Source of the DNA: a virus
Virus record (IMG/VR): IMGVR_UViG_3300008113_000084
Coordinates: 1 to 64,000 of that record
Strand: one strand, 5' to 3'
Length of the DNA stretch: 64,000 nucleotides
Shown: piece by piece, positions 18,908-28,626 of the stretch
Numbering within the stretch: the stretch's first letter is position 1
How the letters are laid out: the number at the start of each line of letters is the position of its first letter
Notes under the pieces: generated by a model
Told to the model about the DNA's origin: nothing
Databases searched by the model: none
What the model saw: only the letters and a program-made list of their open reading frames with translations
Translations under genes and position numbers: made by a program

Positions 18908-19606
18908 TTACCTATCAACAGACTTCCTTAAGTATGTGCTTGTATCTTCAGGTTTAGGAAGTTTTGGTAGCTTTAGCTCTGTGCAAATACGTGTATAGTC
19001 TTCTGAGGCGTCACATGAGCCTACAAACGGAGAAAGAGTCATAACGTTTATTTTTAGCTTTCTGAGCTCGTGTCGAGCTTTGGCTGTGTAATCTCTGTAT
19101 TCGGCGTAAACATCTTTGGGCTCTAAACCATGGAACTTGACGTGCTGGTGATGCCCGTGGTGATCGCCGCCAACAGCTGTCATGTCTACGCCGACAAGTA
19201 TTATGTTCTTAGCGCCCATAAGAGCTGCTAAGTTCATAGCCGTTTGCTGCACACCTCGGCCTATAAACAAGTGATCCGCTTTTGGTTTTGTGAAGATAGA
19301 AAAGTCGCGATCAACTGTTTTGAATATGTAGTACTCAGGGTCGTCCAGTGACTTGTTTATAAACTCGCCTTTCTGCTTGACCACCCAGTTTGTTTTATTC
19401 TTTGTCCTGCTCTGCTCGTACTCAATAACAAGTTCTGGATGTACAGATACGGAGTAAACCGTAGGCAGGTGCTTCCAAGCCTGGTTGAGGCCTATGGTGA
19501 CTTTGTCTGAAAGGTACTGCTTGTCAAAGACTCGAAGGCTAGGCCCCGTGCCGACAATGTAAATGTCAGAGTTGGCGTGCCTGTTGGCTAGAAGGCTAAT
19601 CCGCAT
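18908..19606 (-). CDS. Maf/DUF115-like (sialyltransferase-like) protein
   Basis: IYIVGTGPSL, IGLN, MGAKNIILVGVD; start moved to ATG at 19606 (GGAG SD). Confidence 0.7.
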   Translation of the reverse strand: MRISLLANRHANSDIYIVGTGPSLRVFDKQYLSDKVTIGLNQAWKHLPTVYSVSVHPELVIEYEQSRTKNKTNWVVKQKGEFINKSLDDPEYYIFKTVDRDFSIFTKPKADHLFIGRGVQQTAMNLAALMGAKNIILVGVDMTAVGGDHHGHHQHVKFHGLEPKDVYAEYRDYTAKARHELRKLKINVMTLSPFVGSCDASEDYTRICTELKLPKLPKPEDTSTYLRKSVDR

Positions 19607-20213
19607 CTGGACCAGCTCCAGCCAGGAAGCTGTTTTGCGTGTCAAATCCTCGGCTTCTAGCTTCTCCGTTCTCAACAAAGCCGAGAATCACGTTGTCTGT
19701 CAGCATGTCGTCCAAAGCCAACACGCAAGTCATGCCCTTGCCTAGGACCGCCTGGCACAGCCCCAACCACCAGTCACCGCTCTCAACGATAAGGTGTGCG
19801 TTCAGGCCGTTTTCCAGAACCTGGTTGGCAGACCGAGTGGCTATAGCCAGAAAGGCGTACTTGACGTTCTTGTCCATCAGCTTGTGCAGAAAGCTAACAG
19901 CCTGGTTGACTGTCATGTGCTCAAGAACGTCAGCGCTGAAAATGGCCTGGAAGTCCTGCTGCCAGGGGTCGGCAGAGAACTTCTCTACAAAGGGATCGTA
20001 CGGTATGGCGTTGAAACCGTAGTTGAGAATGCCACCGTTACTACCACAACCAAAGTCCAAAACTTTGATTGTCTGCTTGCTGGGTCCCAGCAGCCAGTCG
20101 AAATAGGTGAGGTAGCGTTTGAAGGTGTCGTTGCCAAAGGCATTTTTCTGGTGAAGTTTTTTGTTCCAGTCTGGAAGATTGTCTAGAAGCTTTTTACTTT
20201 CTGGGTTCTGCAT
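19596..20213 (-). CDS. SAM-dependent methyltransferase
   Basis: VLDFGCG, YDP, SADVLEH. Confidence 0.85.
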   Translation of the reverse strand: MQNPESKKLLDNLPDWNKKLHQKNAFGNDTFKRYLTYFDWLLGPSKQTIKVLDFGCGSNGGILNYGFNAIPYDPFVEKFSADPWQQDFQAIFSADVLEHMTVNQAVSFLHKLMDKNVKYAFLAIATRSANQVLENGLNAHLIVESGDWWLGLCQAVLGKGMTCVLALDDMLTDNVILGFVENGEARSRGFDTQNSFLAGAGPDAD

Positions 20214-20214
20214 A

Positions 20215-20427
20215 TTACACCGAGTTTTGGGAAGGAACCAGCATGTCGAAGTGCTTTCCGCAGTACCAGCGATGCACGACCTCTTGGCAGTCTTGACCTG
20301 TCTCGCTGGAGAATGAGGAGCTGATGCACAGATGGTGTGTGCCGTTTTTACGGCAGTTTTTAAACTCGCACCTCTGTACGGCTATGCAAAAAGGAGAATC
20401 ACTTGCAGCAGTTAACTTCGACGCCAT
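20215..20427 (-). CDS. Small Cys/His-rich hypothetical protein
   Basis: CEFKNC...YCGKH; tiles the operon. Confidence 0.5.
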   Translation of the reverse strand: MASKLTAASDSPFCIAVQRCEFKNCRKNGTHHLCISSSFSSETGQDCQEVVHRWYCGKHFDMLVPSQNSV

Positions 20428-20614
20428 TGAACTTCTCCTGTCTATTGGCTACAAGGTTTAACTTCAGCTGCCCATCCTTAGTGATAACCTCAAATTCAGC
20501 TTCGCTATCTTCTCCATTGTAAGAAGACGTAGCTAAACGAACAACCTGGTTTAGAAGAGACAGCAGCTCTTCCTGAGAATCGTCACATTGCAGACTTAGT
20601 TCAACTTTTATCAT
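20399..20614 (-). CDS. Hypothetical protein
   Basis: ATGA coupling to the upstream glycosyltransferase. Confidence 0.6.
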   Translation of the reverse strand: MIKVELSLQCDDSQEELLSLLNQVVRLATSSYNGEDSEAEFEVITKDGQLKLNLVANRQEKFNGVEVNCCK

Positions 20615-21408
20615 TTCATAATACCCAAGCCGCGTCCATGCGTTCCCTTGTTGTGCGTCAAGAAGGGGTGCAAAGGACTGTGCGGAACAACGTCAGCGTG
20701 CCCGCTAGCGTTTGTTGCTAAGTCTATAGCTTTGAGCTTGGGCATGGCTTCAGCCGTATTTTGCAACGTATAGCTGTCGTCCCACCTGGGAAACTTTCGG
20801 AACGATCCGTCTTGCAGCCGGTCATAAGCGTTCTGAACCAGGGTAAGCCCGCGATTGGCTGAGAAGCCGACAATGCCAGTCTCCCAGATTTTGCGCTTGG
20901 GTCCCTTAAGAAAAAATACGTCGTGACGATTGAACCAGGCATTGACGTCTGTCTCAGAAACGCGCTTCTTAAACAGCACGTCAGAGTCAAGCCATATGGC
21001 GTGCGTATATCCCAGATAGCTAGCCTGCATGAAACTGCGCAGAGCCAGGAACTTCCTGAACCACCTAATGGCGTGCTTGCAGAACCAGGAGCCAGGGCAG
21101 CCTGGCTTGTGACGCTTGTCCTTGGGATCATCTGGTTTGGGACACTTGCACGGCCCCGTCCAGTCACCGCCAAACTCCTTGTGGATGATGTCTCGGTTGC
21201 TTGAGACAAAGAACTGCAAGTCAGCGCTGTCGGCTGGGTCGGGCAGCAGGACGACCGACTCAGGCTTTTTGTTGCGAAAGTCAACCAGCCGTTCACCTGC
21301 TACGAATAGCTTGCCGCAGGATTGCGACTTCTCGTAGCTCTCGACGAGAGACTTGCCAGTTGCCTGGTAAAGGTCTTCGGAAAAAGAAGTGATCCAGGCT
21401 ACGCTCAT
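20611..21408 (-). CDS. GT-A nucleotide-diphospho-sugar transferase
   Basis: ITSFS, IWLDSD DxD motif, ETGIVGF, WDDS, HNKG. Confidence 0.75.
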   Translation of the reverse strand: MSVAWITSFSEDLYQATGKSLVESYEKSQSCGKLFVAGERLVDFRNKKPESVVLLPDPADSADLQFFVSSNRDIIHKEFGGDWTGPCKCPKPDDPKDKRHKPGCPGSWFCKHAIRWFRKFLALRSFMQASYLGYTHAIWLDSDVLFKKRVSETDVNAWFNRHDVFFLKGPKRKIWETGIVGFSANRGLTLVQNAYDRLQDGSFRKFPRWDDSYTLQNTAEAMPKLKAIDLATNASGHADVVPHSPLHPFLTHNKGTHGRGLGIMK

Positions 21409-22163
21409 CGGGCTAGTTCCAGGTACTTCTTGTAGTGAGGATGCAACCCGTTGGAGATGCGCTTGTCGCCGGTTGGTTTGCCCCAGCGTCCCAAAGCCTC
21501 CTCAAGGTCCGCCTTGGTAACGACACCGTCGGTCAAAGCGTCTTTGAGTTCCTTTTCCCACAGGTGGGCCAAGGGGTGGTTTGGCTTATACCAAGGTTGT
21601 TCAGGCTCCTTGGTGTAATGCAGCAGCCGTGTCTCAGCGCTGTGGACATTCAGGTTGTTCCAGTAAGTAGGAAGTTGCAGCGGCGGCTGGCGCAGCCAGT
21701 CAAGATGAATGAACTTGGGATAGTCGTGGCCTTTGCGCAGCATAGTCCACAGTCTATCGGGCTGCCAGTCGGCACAGGCCGCGCAATTGATCAACATGAC
21801 AGCCGACTGCGGCCAAGGCTTCTTGTTGAACTTGTCAGGTTGGTAGGTGCAGGCTACCTCGCGGTCAGACAGCATCAGTTGCTGCGCGTAGGTCAGCAGC
21901 TCAGCCACGTCCTTAAGGACTAGCATGTCCGCATCGACATAAATACCTATGCCCTCAAAGTTCTGACGGGTTGGAATGAGAAAGCGTCGCAGGCTGAAAC
22001 CAGTACCCTGGTGCAGGCCAGGAGGAATAACCCAGCCTTCGCCAATCATCGATGTGATGTTTACCTTGCAAGTGGCCCTACGCTTGATGGAGTAAGCCAG
22101 GACCTTTTCAGGAACCTTGGTTTTTTCCTCTGTTCCAATGTAAAAATTAAGCGTGTCAGTCAT
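21405..22163 (-). CDS. GT8-like glycosyltransferase
   Basis: TGFSLRRF, IYVDADM, SAVMLIN, WN, LLHYT, QPW. Confidence 0.8.
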   Translation of the reverse strand: MTDTLNFYIGTEEKTKVPEKVLAYSIKRRATCKVNITSMIGEGWVIPPGLHQGTGFSLRRFLIPTRQNFEGIGIYVDADMLVLKDVAELLTYAQQLMLSDREVACTYQPDKFNKKPWPQSAVMLINCAACADWQPDRLWTMLRKGHDYPKFIHLDWLRQPPLQLPTYWNNLNVHSAETRLLHYTKEPEQPWYKPNHPLAHLWEKELKDALTDGVVTKADLEEALGRWGKPTGDKRISNGLHPHYKKYLELAR

Positions 22164-22815
22164 CGCAGGTAATCCTTTTCAAATCGAGCTTATGCCTTCT
22201 AGTGGATATGGCTATTTCTCTAAACTGGACATCGAAACTTTTACGGCCGTTAGTCAAAGCCGTCAAGTCTGAAAACTGTTTATCGTATTTCGTTCCGCCG
22301 TCTATGCCTAATAGCGTTATGTTCTTTACACCAGACGAGGCTAAAAGATTGACAACAGCCACGCTGGAAAAATAGCGAACATACACAGTTCTGCCTATAT
22401 CTCTTCGCTTACACAAATGACCTAGATGGCTGGACCTGTAGGTCAGCAACCTGTTTTGCTTGAATAGGTGCCTAAAAAGCTCATGGTGAGGTTTATCTTT
22501 GCTGGACACAAGTGCGTCAGTTGACAAGTCAGAGTTGGCTTTATTATTACTGTGCAGAAAATAAGGAGTGACAAGTGTAACTGAACTGTTTGTGAGCCTG
22601 TCGGAAATCCTGTCAAAAACGTCTAGGTCAGCTACGTGTACGTAATCAACGCCGTCAATTTTGTTGACGGCGTGATTCAAGGCTATCGAGTTGTATTTGC
22701 GCAGATCAAACGAGGCTATCTTGCTGAACGAGGGACCTTTGCCGACGACAAGCCAGGGCTTTGTTTTTACCCTGGGAGCGACATTGGCCGCAAAGCCTGG
22801 AACAGCCTGCATCAA
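22156..22815 (-). CDS. Maf/DUF115-like protein, second paralogue
   Basis: LVVGKGPSF, IALN, GVKNITLLGIDG. Confidence 0.65.
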   Translation of the reverse strand: MMQAVPGFAANVAPRVKTKPWLVVGKGPSFSKIASFDLRKYNSIALNHAVNKIDGVDYVHVADLDVFDRISDRLTNSSVTLVTPYFLHSNNKANSDLSTDALVSSKDKPHHELFRHLFKQNRLLTYRSSHLGHLCKRRDIGRTVYVRYFSSVAVVNLLASSGVKNITLLGIDGGTKYDKQFSDLTALTNGRKSFDVQFREIAISTRRHKLDLKRITCDD

Positions 22816-24713
22816 CCACCGCCATACTGCTGCTGCATAACCATGTTGCCGCCAGCAGTTTGGGCCTGCTGGCGTATGTTCTCGATGGTCTGCTTGACGG
22901 CAGCGTGCAGCGTCGGGTCCTGTCCCTTCAGCTTCGTCATCTCGGACTGCCTTTGGGATTCGGGCATGCCCAACAGCTGAGAGGCAATAGCCTCGGCCTT
23001 GGCTTGCAGCTCCTGCGGCGTGATCTTCTGATTCGGAGAAGTCGGTGCTGCGAGAGCGCTGGCTTGGGCCGCAGCGTCCATAGGACCGGCTGGAGGCTGA
23101 TTGGGCGGCGTAGCACCGCCGCCTGGAGCGGGAGCGCCGCCAGGGGCAGCGCCTGGAGGAGGCTGGGGCGGAGCTGCCAGCTGGTCCATGACAGCAGCCG
23201 TCTCCATCTCCTCCTGAATCTTGGCCTGCTCCTCCTGCTTGAAACGCTCCTCGTCCATGAGCTGGCGCGTCTCCTGCTTGAAGTCCAGACCCATACCCCG
23301 CAGAGCCGTGGTCTGGCTGATCTGCTGAGCCTGCATAAGTTGCAACTTCGCCATAATATTGTTCATGTCGTCCGTCAGCGTCGGCGGCAGCAGCTTGACG
23401 GTGGCGGGCTCCCAGCCCATGCCGTCAGCGGTGCGCTTGGCAACGAACGTCAGGAAGTCGTTCATAAAGTGCGTCAGGTAGGTCCAGCTGGACTGGAACA
23501 GCCGAATTGCAGGCAGCATGGCTTGCAGACTAAGCGTGCCGTTGTACAACTCGGCAGGCATGCCGAAGCCGTTGAGCAGCGTCGTGATGCCCTGCTGCAA
23601 CAGCTCAGTCGGGGCGAGCTGGTTGGCTTCGCCGCCCAGCATCTGATACTGGATTGGGTGGCTGAGGAAGTTCCAGGCGGCTGGGTCACGTCTGCGCTTG
23701 CGCAGCATGCCGCGTACCTCCGCCGCAAAGCCGCCCATATCCAAGTTCATCAGAGGATCGCCCGCCTCGGGATTAGACGAGCTGGACGGAGCCGGATGGA
23801 TAACGCGGAATGGCACGACATAGTCGAGGGCGATGGCCTCGTTGTAACGGTGCAGAACCTGGCAGTACCAGGCCTGGCGGAAGTTGACGAGGGTCCTGGA
23901 GATGCCCCAGCCACGCGAGCGCACGCCAGACAGCGTCGGCTCGTACATGTGGAAGATAACGTCTTTGTCAAACAGCAGATAGCCGTTTGAGTTGACGGCT
24001 TCCACCACTTCCCATGGAACCTGAGGCAGAACCTGCGGATCGCCTCGGCGAATCTGTAAGCGGTAATCCTCGGGAATACGCCAGATGTAATCTTTGTGGT
24101 CAGTAATGAGGTCGTAGCGAATCTCCATCTCGTAGGGAGACCAGCGCTTCACTGTAACTTGAGTCTCGTCGGTAAGCCGACGGTCGATACGGTTCCATTT
24201 GCCGCTGTAATGGCACTTTGGGTTGGGGCACCTGGCGATAAACTCGGGCATCTTCCATTGGAAGCCGAATACCGGATTGCGCATAACCTCTTGCAGAGGA
24301 ACATCGAAGAAGCACTTAGGGCAAGAAAGGTAGCGCCTGAACGGCAGCACCAGACTGGTAAAGCTGTTGCCGTAGCACAGGAAGTCCAGACCGACAGAAT
24401 GCAGAATATTTTTTACTTTAAGAACATCAGTCAGAAACGTGTAATACTTCTGACGCTCATCCTCACCCAGGTCGTCGCCGTTGACGCCTTGTATCTCAAC
24501 ATCGGTTATGAAATAGCTGATGACCCTGCGTGCAGCCTCGCGGATCATAGAGTTTGTGTGAAATGTAAACTCGCAGAAGCGTAGCGCGTCACGGATGTTT
24601 TCAGGCATCACCGTTGACGCGTAGTCCATGAAGGGGTCAGGAAACGGTTCCTCACCCCTGTTCAGGGACCAGTTCTTACCGATAGTGCTATCGAATAGAT
24701 CGCCAGCAGCCAT
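22812..24713 (-). CDS. Probable portal protein
   Basis: 633 aa; DFLCYGNSF, LLNGFGMPAEL, CxxC insertion and Q/P/A-rich C-terminus resemble large-phage portals; location in structural region. Confidence 0.65.
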   Translation of the reverse strand: MAAGDLFDSTIGKNWSLNRGEEPFPDPFMDYASTVMPENIRDALRFCEFTFHTNSMIREAARRVISYFITDVEIQGVNGDDLGEDERQKYYTFLTDVLKVKNILHSVGLDFLCYGNSFTSLVLPFRRYLSCPKCFFDVPLQEVMRNPVFGFQWKMPEFIARCPNPKCHYSGKWNRIDRRLTDETQVTVKRWSPYEMEIRYDLITDHKDYIWRIPEDYRLQIRRGDPQVLPQVPWEVVEAVNSNGYLLFDKDVIFHMYEPTLSGVRSRGWGISRTLVNFRQAWYCQVLHRYNEAIALDYVVPFRVIHPAPSSSSNPEAGDPLMNLDMGGFAAEVRGMLRKRRRDPAAWNFLSHPIQYQMLGGEANQLAPTELLQQGITTLLNGFGMPAELYNGTLSLQAMLPAIRLFQSSWTYLTHFMNDFLTFVAKRTADGMGWEPATVKLLPPTLTDDMNNIMAKLQLMQAQQISQTTALRGMGLDFKQETRQLMDEERFKQEEQAKIQEEMETAAVMDQLAAPPQPPPGAAPGGAPAPGGGATPPNQPPAGPMDAAAQASALAAPTSPNQKITPQELQAKAEAIASQLLGMPESQRQSEMTKLKGQDPTLHAAVKQTIENIRQQAQTAGGNMVMQQQYGGG

Positions 24714-24714
24714 G

Positions 24715-24903
24715 CTATTTAGCCTCGGCGTTGCGCATTCTGTCTGACACTACGTCAGATAACGTTTTAGTCAGGTGTGACTCCAGCTCAGAGCACGCCG
24801 CCGAAGCCACCTTCGAGGCTTTCGTAAGCGTCTTCGGCTCGTCCGTCAGACGGACTGGGCTCGGAGGCGTCAGTCCCTCTTGTATGACTGCTCTCTTCTC
24901 CAT
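24715..24903 (-). CDS. Small conserved-type protein upstream of portal
   Basis: AAGGGG SD; MEKRAV start; stop 1 nt before the portal ATG. Confidence 0.6.
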   Translation of the reverse strand: MEKRAVIQEGLTPPSPVRLTDEPKTLTKASKVASAACSELESHLTKTLSDVVSDRMRNAEAK

Positions 24904-25591
24904 CGCTGCTGTCCCCTTTAGCTGAGTTTACTATACCAAGTTCTTTCATCATAGCTGAATCTAAAGTTTTAGCTCCAGCTATAGGAACTATGCAAAGTTC
25001 ATACGGGTCGCAGTCAAACTTGATGGGAAAACCTTTGATGGTGGGGTCCAATAAAAACAGGTTTGTCTCGCCCTCGACGTAAACACCTACTGGCTTTTTC
25101 TGCTCTCCTGAGCGCATGTTGCAGTAAGGGTAGAACTCGGCAGAGCCGCCAAATCGCTTGTCTGTGACAAAGACTATCTGCTCTCTTAGCGTTAAGACTT
25201 TGTGGTACTTGAATGAGATAGACCCCAGCCCAGGCATGTCAAAGAACACTTTAACCTGAGGAGGGCTGACGGAAGCAGGAACTGGGTTAGCTGGATGGGT
25301 GTGATCGACATCCTGAATATTCGGAATAGCCCTGCCAACTTTTTTGGGCGGGCTGATGGTAGGACCAGAGGCTGAAAACTTCATAAGGTTTTCGACCACA
25401 GCTGCCTTTTGCTTATCGTCCACAGCCTTCTCCTTGGGACCTAAGGCAGAACCGAGCTTACGCATATCAATAACAAACGACTCACCAAGGTGAGCCCTGT
25501 CTGGATCGACCACAATCTCGTAAATCTTTTTGTCTGCAAGAGTTGTTGGTTGAGTCGCGGATGAGACAGAATCGAAGTCAGCGCTCATCAC
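24788..25591 (-). CDS. Hypothetical protein
   Basis: AAAGGAA SD; 267 aa. Confidence 0.75.
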   Translation of the reverse strand: MMSADFDSVSSATQPTTLADKKIYEIVVDPDRAHLGESFVIDMRKLGSALGPKEKAVDDKQKAAVVENLMKFSASGPTISPPKKVGRAIPNIQDVDHTHPANPVPASVSPPQVKVFFDMPGLGSISFKYHKVLTLREQIVFVTDKRFGGSAEFYPYCNMRSGEQKKPVGVYVEGETNLFLLDPTIKGFPIKFDCDPYELCIVPIAGAKTLDSAMMKELGIVNSAKGDSSDGEESSHTRGTDASEPSPSDGRAEDAYESLEGGFGGVL

Positions 25592-25667
25592 TGTTCCTTT
25601 CTATGGTATGCCCTGAACTAATATAACCGTTTTATTGTAAACGGAAACCTGTGTTTCTCTGATAGCT

Positions 25668-25708
25668 AAAAAAAAGCCCCACAGACTAGCCCGAAGGCTA
25701 TCTGTGGG
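25668..25708 (-). terminator. Rho-independent terminator
   Basis: CCCACAGA-TAGCC stem with TTCG loop, followed by T8 on the minus strand. Confidence 0.85.
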
Positions 25709-25714
25709 ACTGTG

Positions 25715-26566
25715 TCACGCTGTAACGGAATCCCCAAAGCTGAGGACTCCATAAGGCGTGATGGCATCTAGGCCCGCCGTCAGGACAGGCTTGCGCTGGG
25801 GACGAGCGCAAGCCTTGACCTCCAGGACGTAGCCGCCATGGTTGGGGCTCATCCTGAAGTCTTCTGGGATGAGTTGCAGGGGAACTTCCCCCGCACTCAT
25901 CAAGCCGTCGATGTAATCCTCGACGAGCCTCTCGGCCTGGGACGAGGCCATGAGTTGCTCCCAGGTGTAGCTCACCTTGGGCAGCAGATCGGCGACGACG
26001 GTGCCTTGCTGCACCACGACGCCGATCTTCAGCCAGGGCTTGAGCCTGGCTGTGGGAGGGAGGGACATGACCGGACCCTCCCTGAAGCCGACAAGGGTCT
26101 CAACCTCGTCGGCTATGATTTCCTCGACCTGCCCCGTCAGGGGGGCCTTGGAGCTCGGGGCCGGTACCCCGAAGTTGACTCGGCTCAGGATAAAGTCCTG
26201 AACCGCTGGATCGTCGAACTCCACGTGGAGTTCGGGTGTGACCCGTGCCACCAGCTGTGGCATCGGGGCTGGGTAGGCCTTGTCGGCAGACCTACCCACT
26301 TCGCCCATGAGGGCGACAAGACGGGCCGTGCGCCCGTCCTCGGCCCTGCCGCCGAGGCGGGAGGGCCTTTGCCAGCTGCTGGACGGGCAGCGCAGAACGC
26401 GCTTCGTCCACAGCTGGCCCGTGCGCTGGGAGTGGTGGATTTTGTAACCCTCAACCACCCCAGCGTGGTCGAGGGTCATCATCATCCCCTCGTCGAGGGG
26501 AAAGGTCCCTTCATCGAAGGGACGGGCGTGGGTCGGCACCCACGCCATGACTTTGGGAGCGCTCAT
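25715..26566 (-). CDS. Hypothetical high-GC protein, possible barrel-sandwich hybrid motif
   Basis: GGAGG SD; 283 aa; APLTGQVEEII...LKIGVVVQQGTVVAD segment. Confidence 0.7.
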   Translation of the reverse strand: MSAPKVMAWVPTHARPFDEGTFPLDEGMMMTLDHAGVVEGYKIHHSQRTGQLWTKRVLRCPSSSWQRPSRLGGRAEDGRTARLVALMGEVGRSADKAYPAPMPQLVARVTPELHVEFDDPAVQDFILSRVNFGVPAPSSKAPLTGQVEEIIADEVETLVGFREGPVMSLPPTARLKPWLKIGVVVQQGTVVADLLPKVSYTWEQLMASSQAERLVEDYIDGLMSAGEVPLQLIPEDFRMSPNHGGYVLEVKACARPQRKPVLTAGLDAITPYGVLSFGDSVTA

Positions 26567-26567
26567 G

Positions 26568-26669
26568 TTAGCGCCCTCCCAGCGACTGGATAATCATCCA
26601 GACGCAGAAGAAGACCACAAACCCCCACATGGGGACTACGATCTTCCCTTCAACTTCTTTCTCTTGCAT
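26568..26669 (-). CDS. 33-aa single-pass membrane peptide
   Basis: Found by hand: MQEKEVEGKIVVPMWGFVVFFCVWMIIQSLGGR; AGGAG SD; stop 1 nt before the next ATG. Confidence 0.65.
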   Translation of the reverse strand: MQEKEVEGKIVVPMWGFVVFFCVWMIIQSLGGR

Positions 26670-26679
26670 TCGCTCTCCT

Positions 26680-26720
26680 AGCTAAAGAGAAATGCCCAGA
26701 GCGATAGCTGCTGGGCATTT
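26680..26720 (-). terminator. Terminator-like hairpin with overlapping CATAAT element
   Basis: AAATGCCCAG/CTGGGCATTT 10-bp stem followed by CTCTTTAGCT. Confidence 0.6.
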
Positions 26721-26747
26721 GATTATGACGTGTTTGTAGGGCTGTAT

Positions 26748-27071
26748 TTAGCTGATGAGTCCTGACTCGTTTATCTGGTCCTCTGGCTCCTCGTCAAACA
26801 GCGGTACGCGTACCTTGTTGTCGTACGACACAAGATACGGACTGTGGCCAGAGGTGGTGTGCCAGCGCTTGCCTTCAAAGATGTAAGCGTTAAACCTCTT
26901 GTGGGACTGCTTGTACTCTTTGATACAGTTAGCCACTTCCTCAGCAGAGCTGAAGGTCAGAAGCTGCGGAGCGTCGAACTCAGACACCAGAACGATATGC
27001 AGCTCAAGAGGCTGCGGCTGTTCCGTCTGTGAAGTCTGCTCCGAGTTCTCTGTACTCTGGGAAGGTTCCAT
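26748..27071 (-). CDS. Hypothetical protein
   Basis: Start refined to MEPSQ at 27071 (GAGGA SD). Confidence 0.6.
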   Translation of the reverse strand: MEPSQSTENSEQTSQTEQPQPLELHIVLVSEFDAPQLLTFSSAEEVANCIKEYKQSHKRFNAYIFEGKRWHTTSGHSPYLVSYDNKVRVPLFDEEPEDQINESGLIS

Positions 27072-27324
27072 CGGCTGTGTCCTCAACAGGCATATAGATA
27101 ACGACAATAGACAGAATGATAACTTTTCGAGTGTACGTATTGTCAAGCCATTCGGCATGCATGGCTGGCGCAGATACGTTCACTATTCGGCTATGAGTAC
27201 TGTCTACCCAGTCGCTCACCTGCTTGTCGATATCGTCGGTCTTGTTAAGCAGGGACCAGAAGTCCTGCCCTGGACTTCTCTCCAAAACAAACTGCGACGA
27301 GAATGTTTTAGTCTTATGGTACAT
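27004..27324 (-). CDS. Hypothetical protein
   Basis: Tiles the operon, GAGG SD. Confidence 0.6.
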   Translation of the reverse strand: MYHKTKTFSSQFVLERSPGQDFWSLLNKTDDIDKQVSDWVDSTHSRIVNVSAPAMHAEWLDNTYTRKVIILSIVVIYMPVEDTADGTFPEYRELGADFTDGTAAAS

Positions 27325-28003
27325 GGTTGTTTATAGCCTCTTGCAAAGCCAGGGTCTCAGGTTCAGGGTCATCATAAACAATATACGGCTTTAAACCAGA
27401 CTTCATGTAAGCCAGACGGTCTGGTCCAGACACGCCCATAACGTAGATTTTGGCGGCGGTAGGATAGTTAGGAAAAGAGACGCTGGAATAACGCGCGTCA
27501 CCGCTCAAGCCCCTATCTGCTTTTTCGCACAGGTCGCCCCAGTCAGATAAAGGAACTGTGATCTTTTCCGTGGAGCCGTTCCACAGGTAGGGGTCTGGCA
27601 GATAGACGTTCTGCACAAAGCAGGAATAAACTTTTTTGTCCAAAGCCTTGAAAAGAATGCTGTTCAAAGCCGTGCGCAAAGCAGGCCACAGCTCTTTTTT
27701 GCAGCCAAATATAACGCTGTTCCAAAACGGGTTGACCAGGTTCCTGAACAGAGGCCTGTCATAGCTAAGAAAAAACACGGAATCGCTCTGACCAGACCGG
27801 TATACGAACTCCTGTACGGGGTCCGTATCCAGTCTGATCTCGGTGAAGAGGATTCCGTGGTTGAAGAAAACAAAGTCTGACTGCATGTCAGACAACTTCA
27901 GGGAGATACCAGCCCGATCTATAGCTGGAAGGTTGGAAAGCTCCTGGGCCGACAAGGAGTCGGCTATGCAGATTCCCTCAGGCTCAGGAAGCTTTCCGTC
28001 CAT
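27314..28003 (-). CDS. Hypothetical protein
   Basis: 229-aa ORF tiling the operon. Confidence 0.7.
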   Translation of the reverse strand: MDGKLPEPEGICIADSLSAQELSNLPAIDRAGISLKLSDMQSDFVFFNHGILFTEIRLDTDPVQEFVYRSGQSDSVFFLSYDRPLFRNLVNPFWNSVIFGCKKELWPALRTALNSILFKALDKKVYSCFVQNVYLPDPYLWNGSTEKITVPLSDWGDLCEKADRGLSGDARYSSVSFPNYPTAAKIYVMGVSGPDRLAYMKSGLKPYIVYDDPEPETLALQEAINNHVP

Positions 28004-28005
28004 GC

Positions 28006-28626
28006 TTAGCCGTTGCTGCCGAAGTTTTTAACGATCTCTTCGTTAAGACCGATGGCTTTGTAAAGCTCATGCTGCTTTTCAGCCTGAGTTTTGACGTTGG
28101 CCAAATCGTCTATGGTTAGGCTTACGCCATAATATTTGAAGAGACCAAACACGCCAATCCTGGACTGCTCCTCAACAGTATTGAGAAACAGTTTGGGAAG
28201 GTCGTAAACGCAGTTGCGCACGCGGCTGTCGTGCAGAAGCCACAGAAGAGCAAAGGGGTTTGGCTTGATTCGCAGCGACTCAAAGCAAGCAATTCGCATG
28301 AAGTTGCTGCTGTTCATCAAGAAAACTTTTGCGTCGCCGTTGAAGTGCGCGTGCGCAAAGGTGGTGAAGTCGGTTACTGCGGTGGGACCGTTCCACCAGC
28401 GAGACTCCTTGACCACGCCGTCCTTGTCCACCTGCATGAGATAAATCTCCTTCACCTGAGCGGTGAAGGGTTTGGAGGAGGCAGTTGATAGCTGCTCAGC
28501 CACAGCCTTCTCTACATACTCGTCGATCTTGGCCTGGTCTTTGTAATTCCTGGGGGCTTTGACCTCAGACAAGTAGTCGCTGGCATTTTCGGCAGTAGCT
28601 GTTGTGTGACCGATGAAGTAAGTCAT
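28006..28626 (-). CDS. Degenerate 3'-5' exonuclease-like protein
   Basis: APRNYKDQAKI and PFTAQV segments resemble PolB-exo-related phage exonucleases, but FIGHTT stands where FDIET is expected. Confidence 0.4.
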   Translation of the reverse strand: MTYFIGHTTATAENASDYLSEVKAPRNYKDQAKIDEYVEKAVAEQLSTASSKPFTAQVKEIYLMQVDKDGVVKESRWWNGPTAVTDFTTFAHAHFNGDAKVFLMNSSNFMRIACFESLRIKPNPFALLWLLHDSRVRNCVYDLPKLFLNTVEEQSRIGVFGLFKYYGVSLTIDDLANVKTQAEKQHELYKAIGLNEEIVKNFGSNG

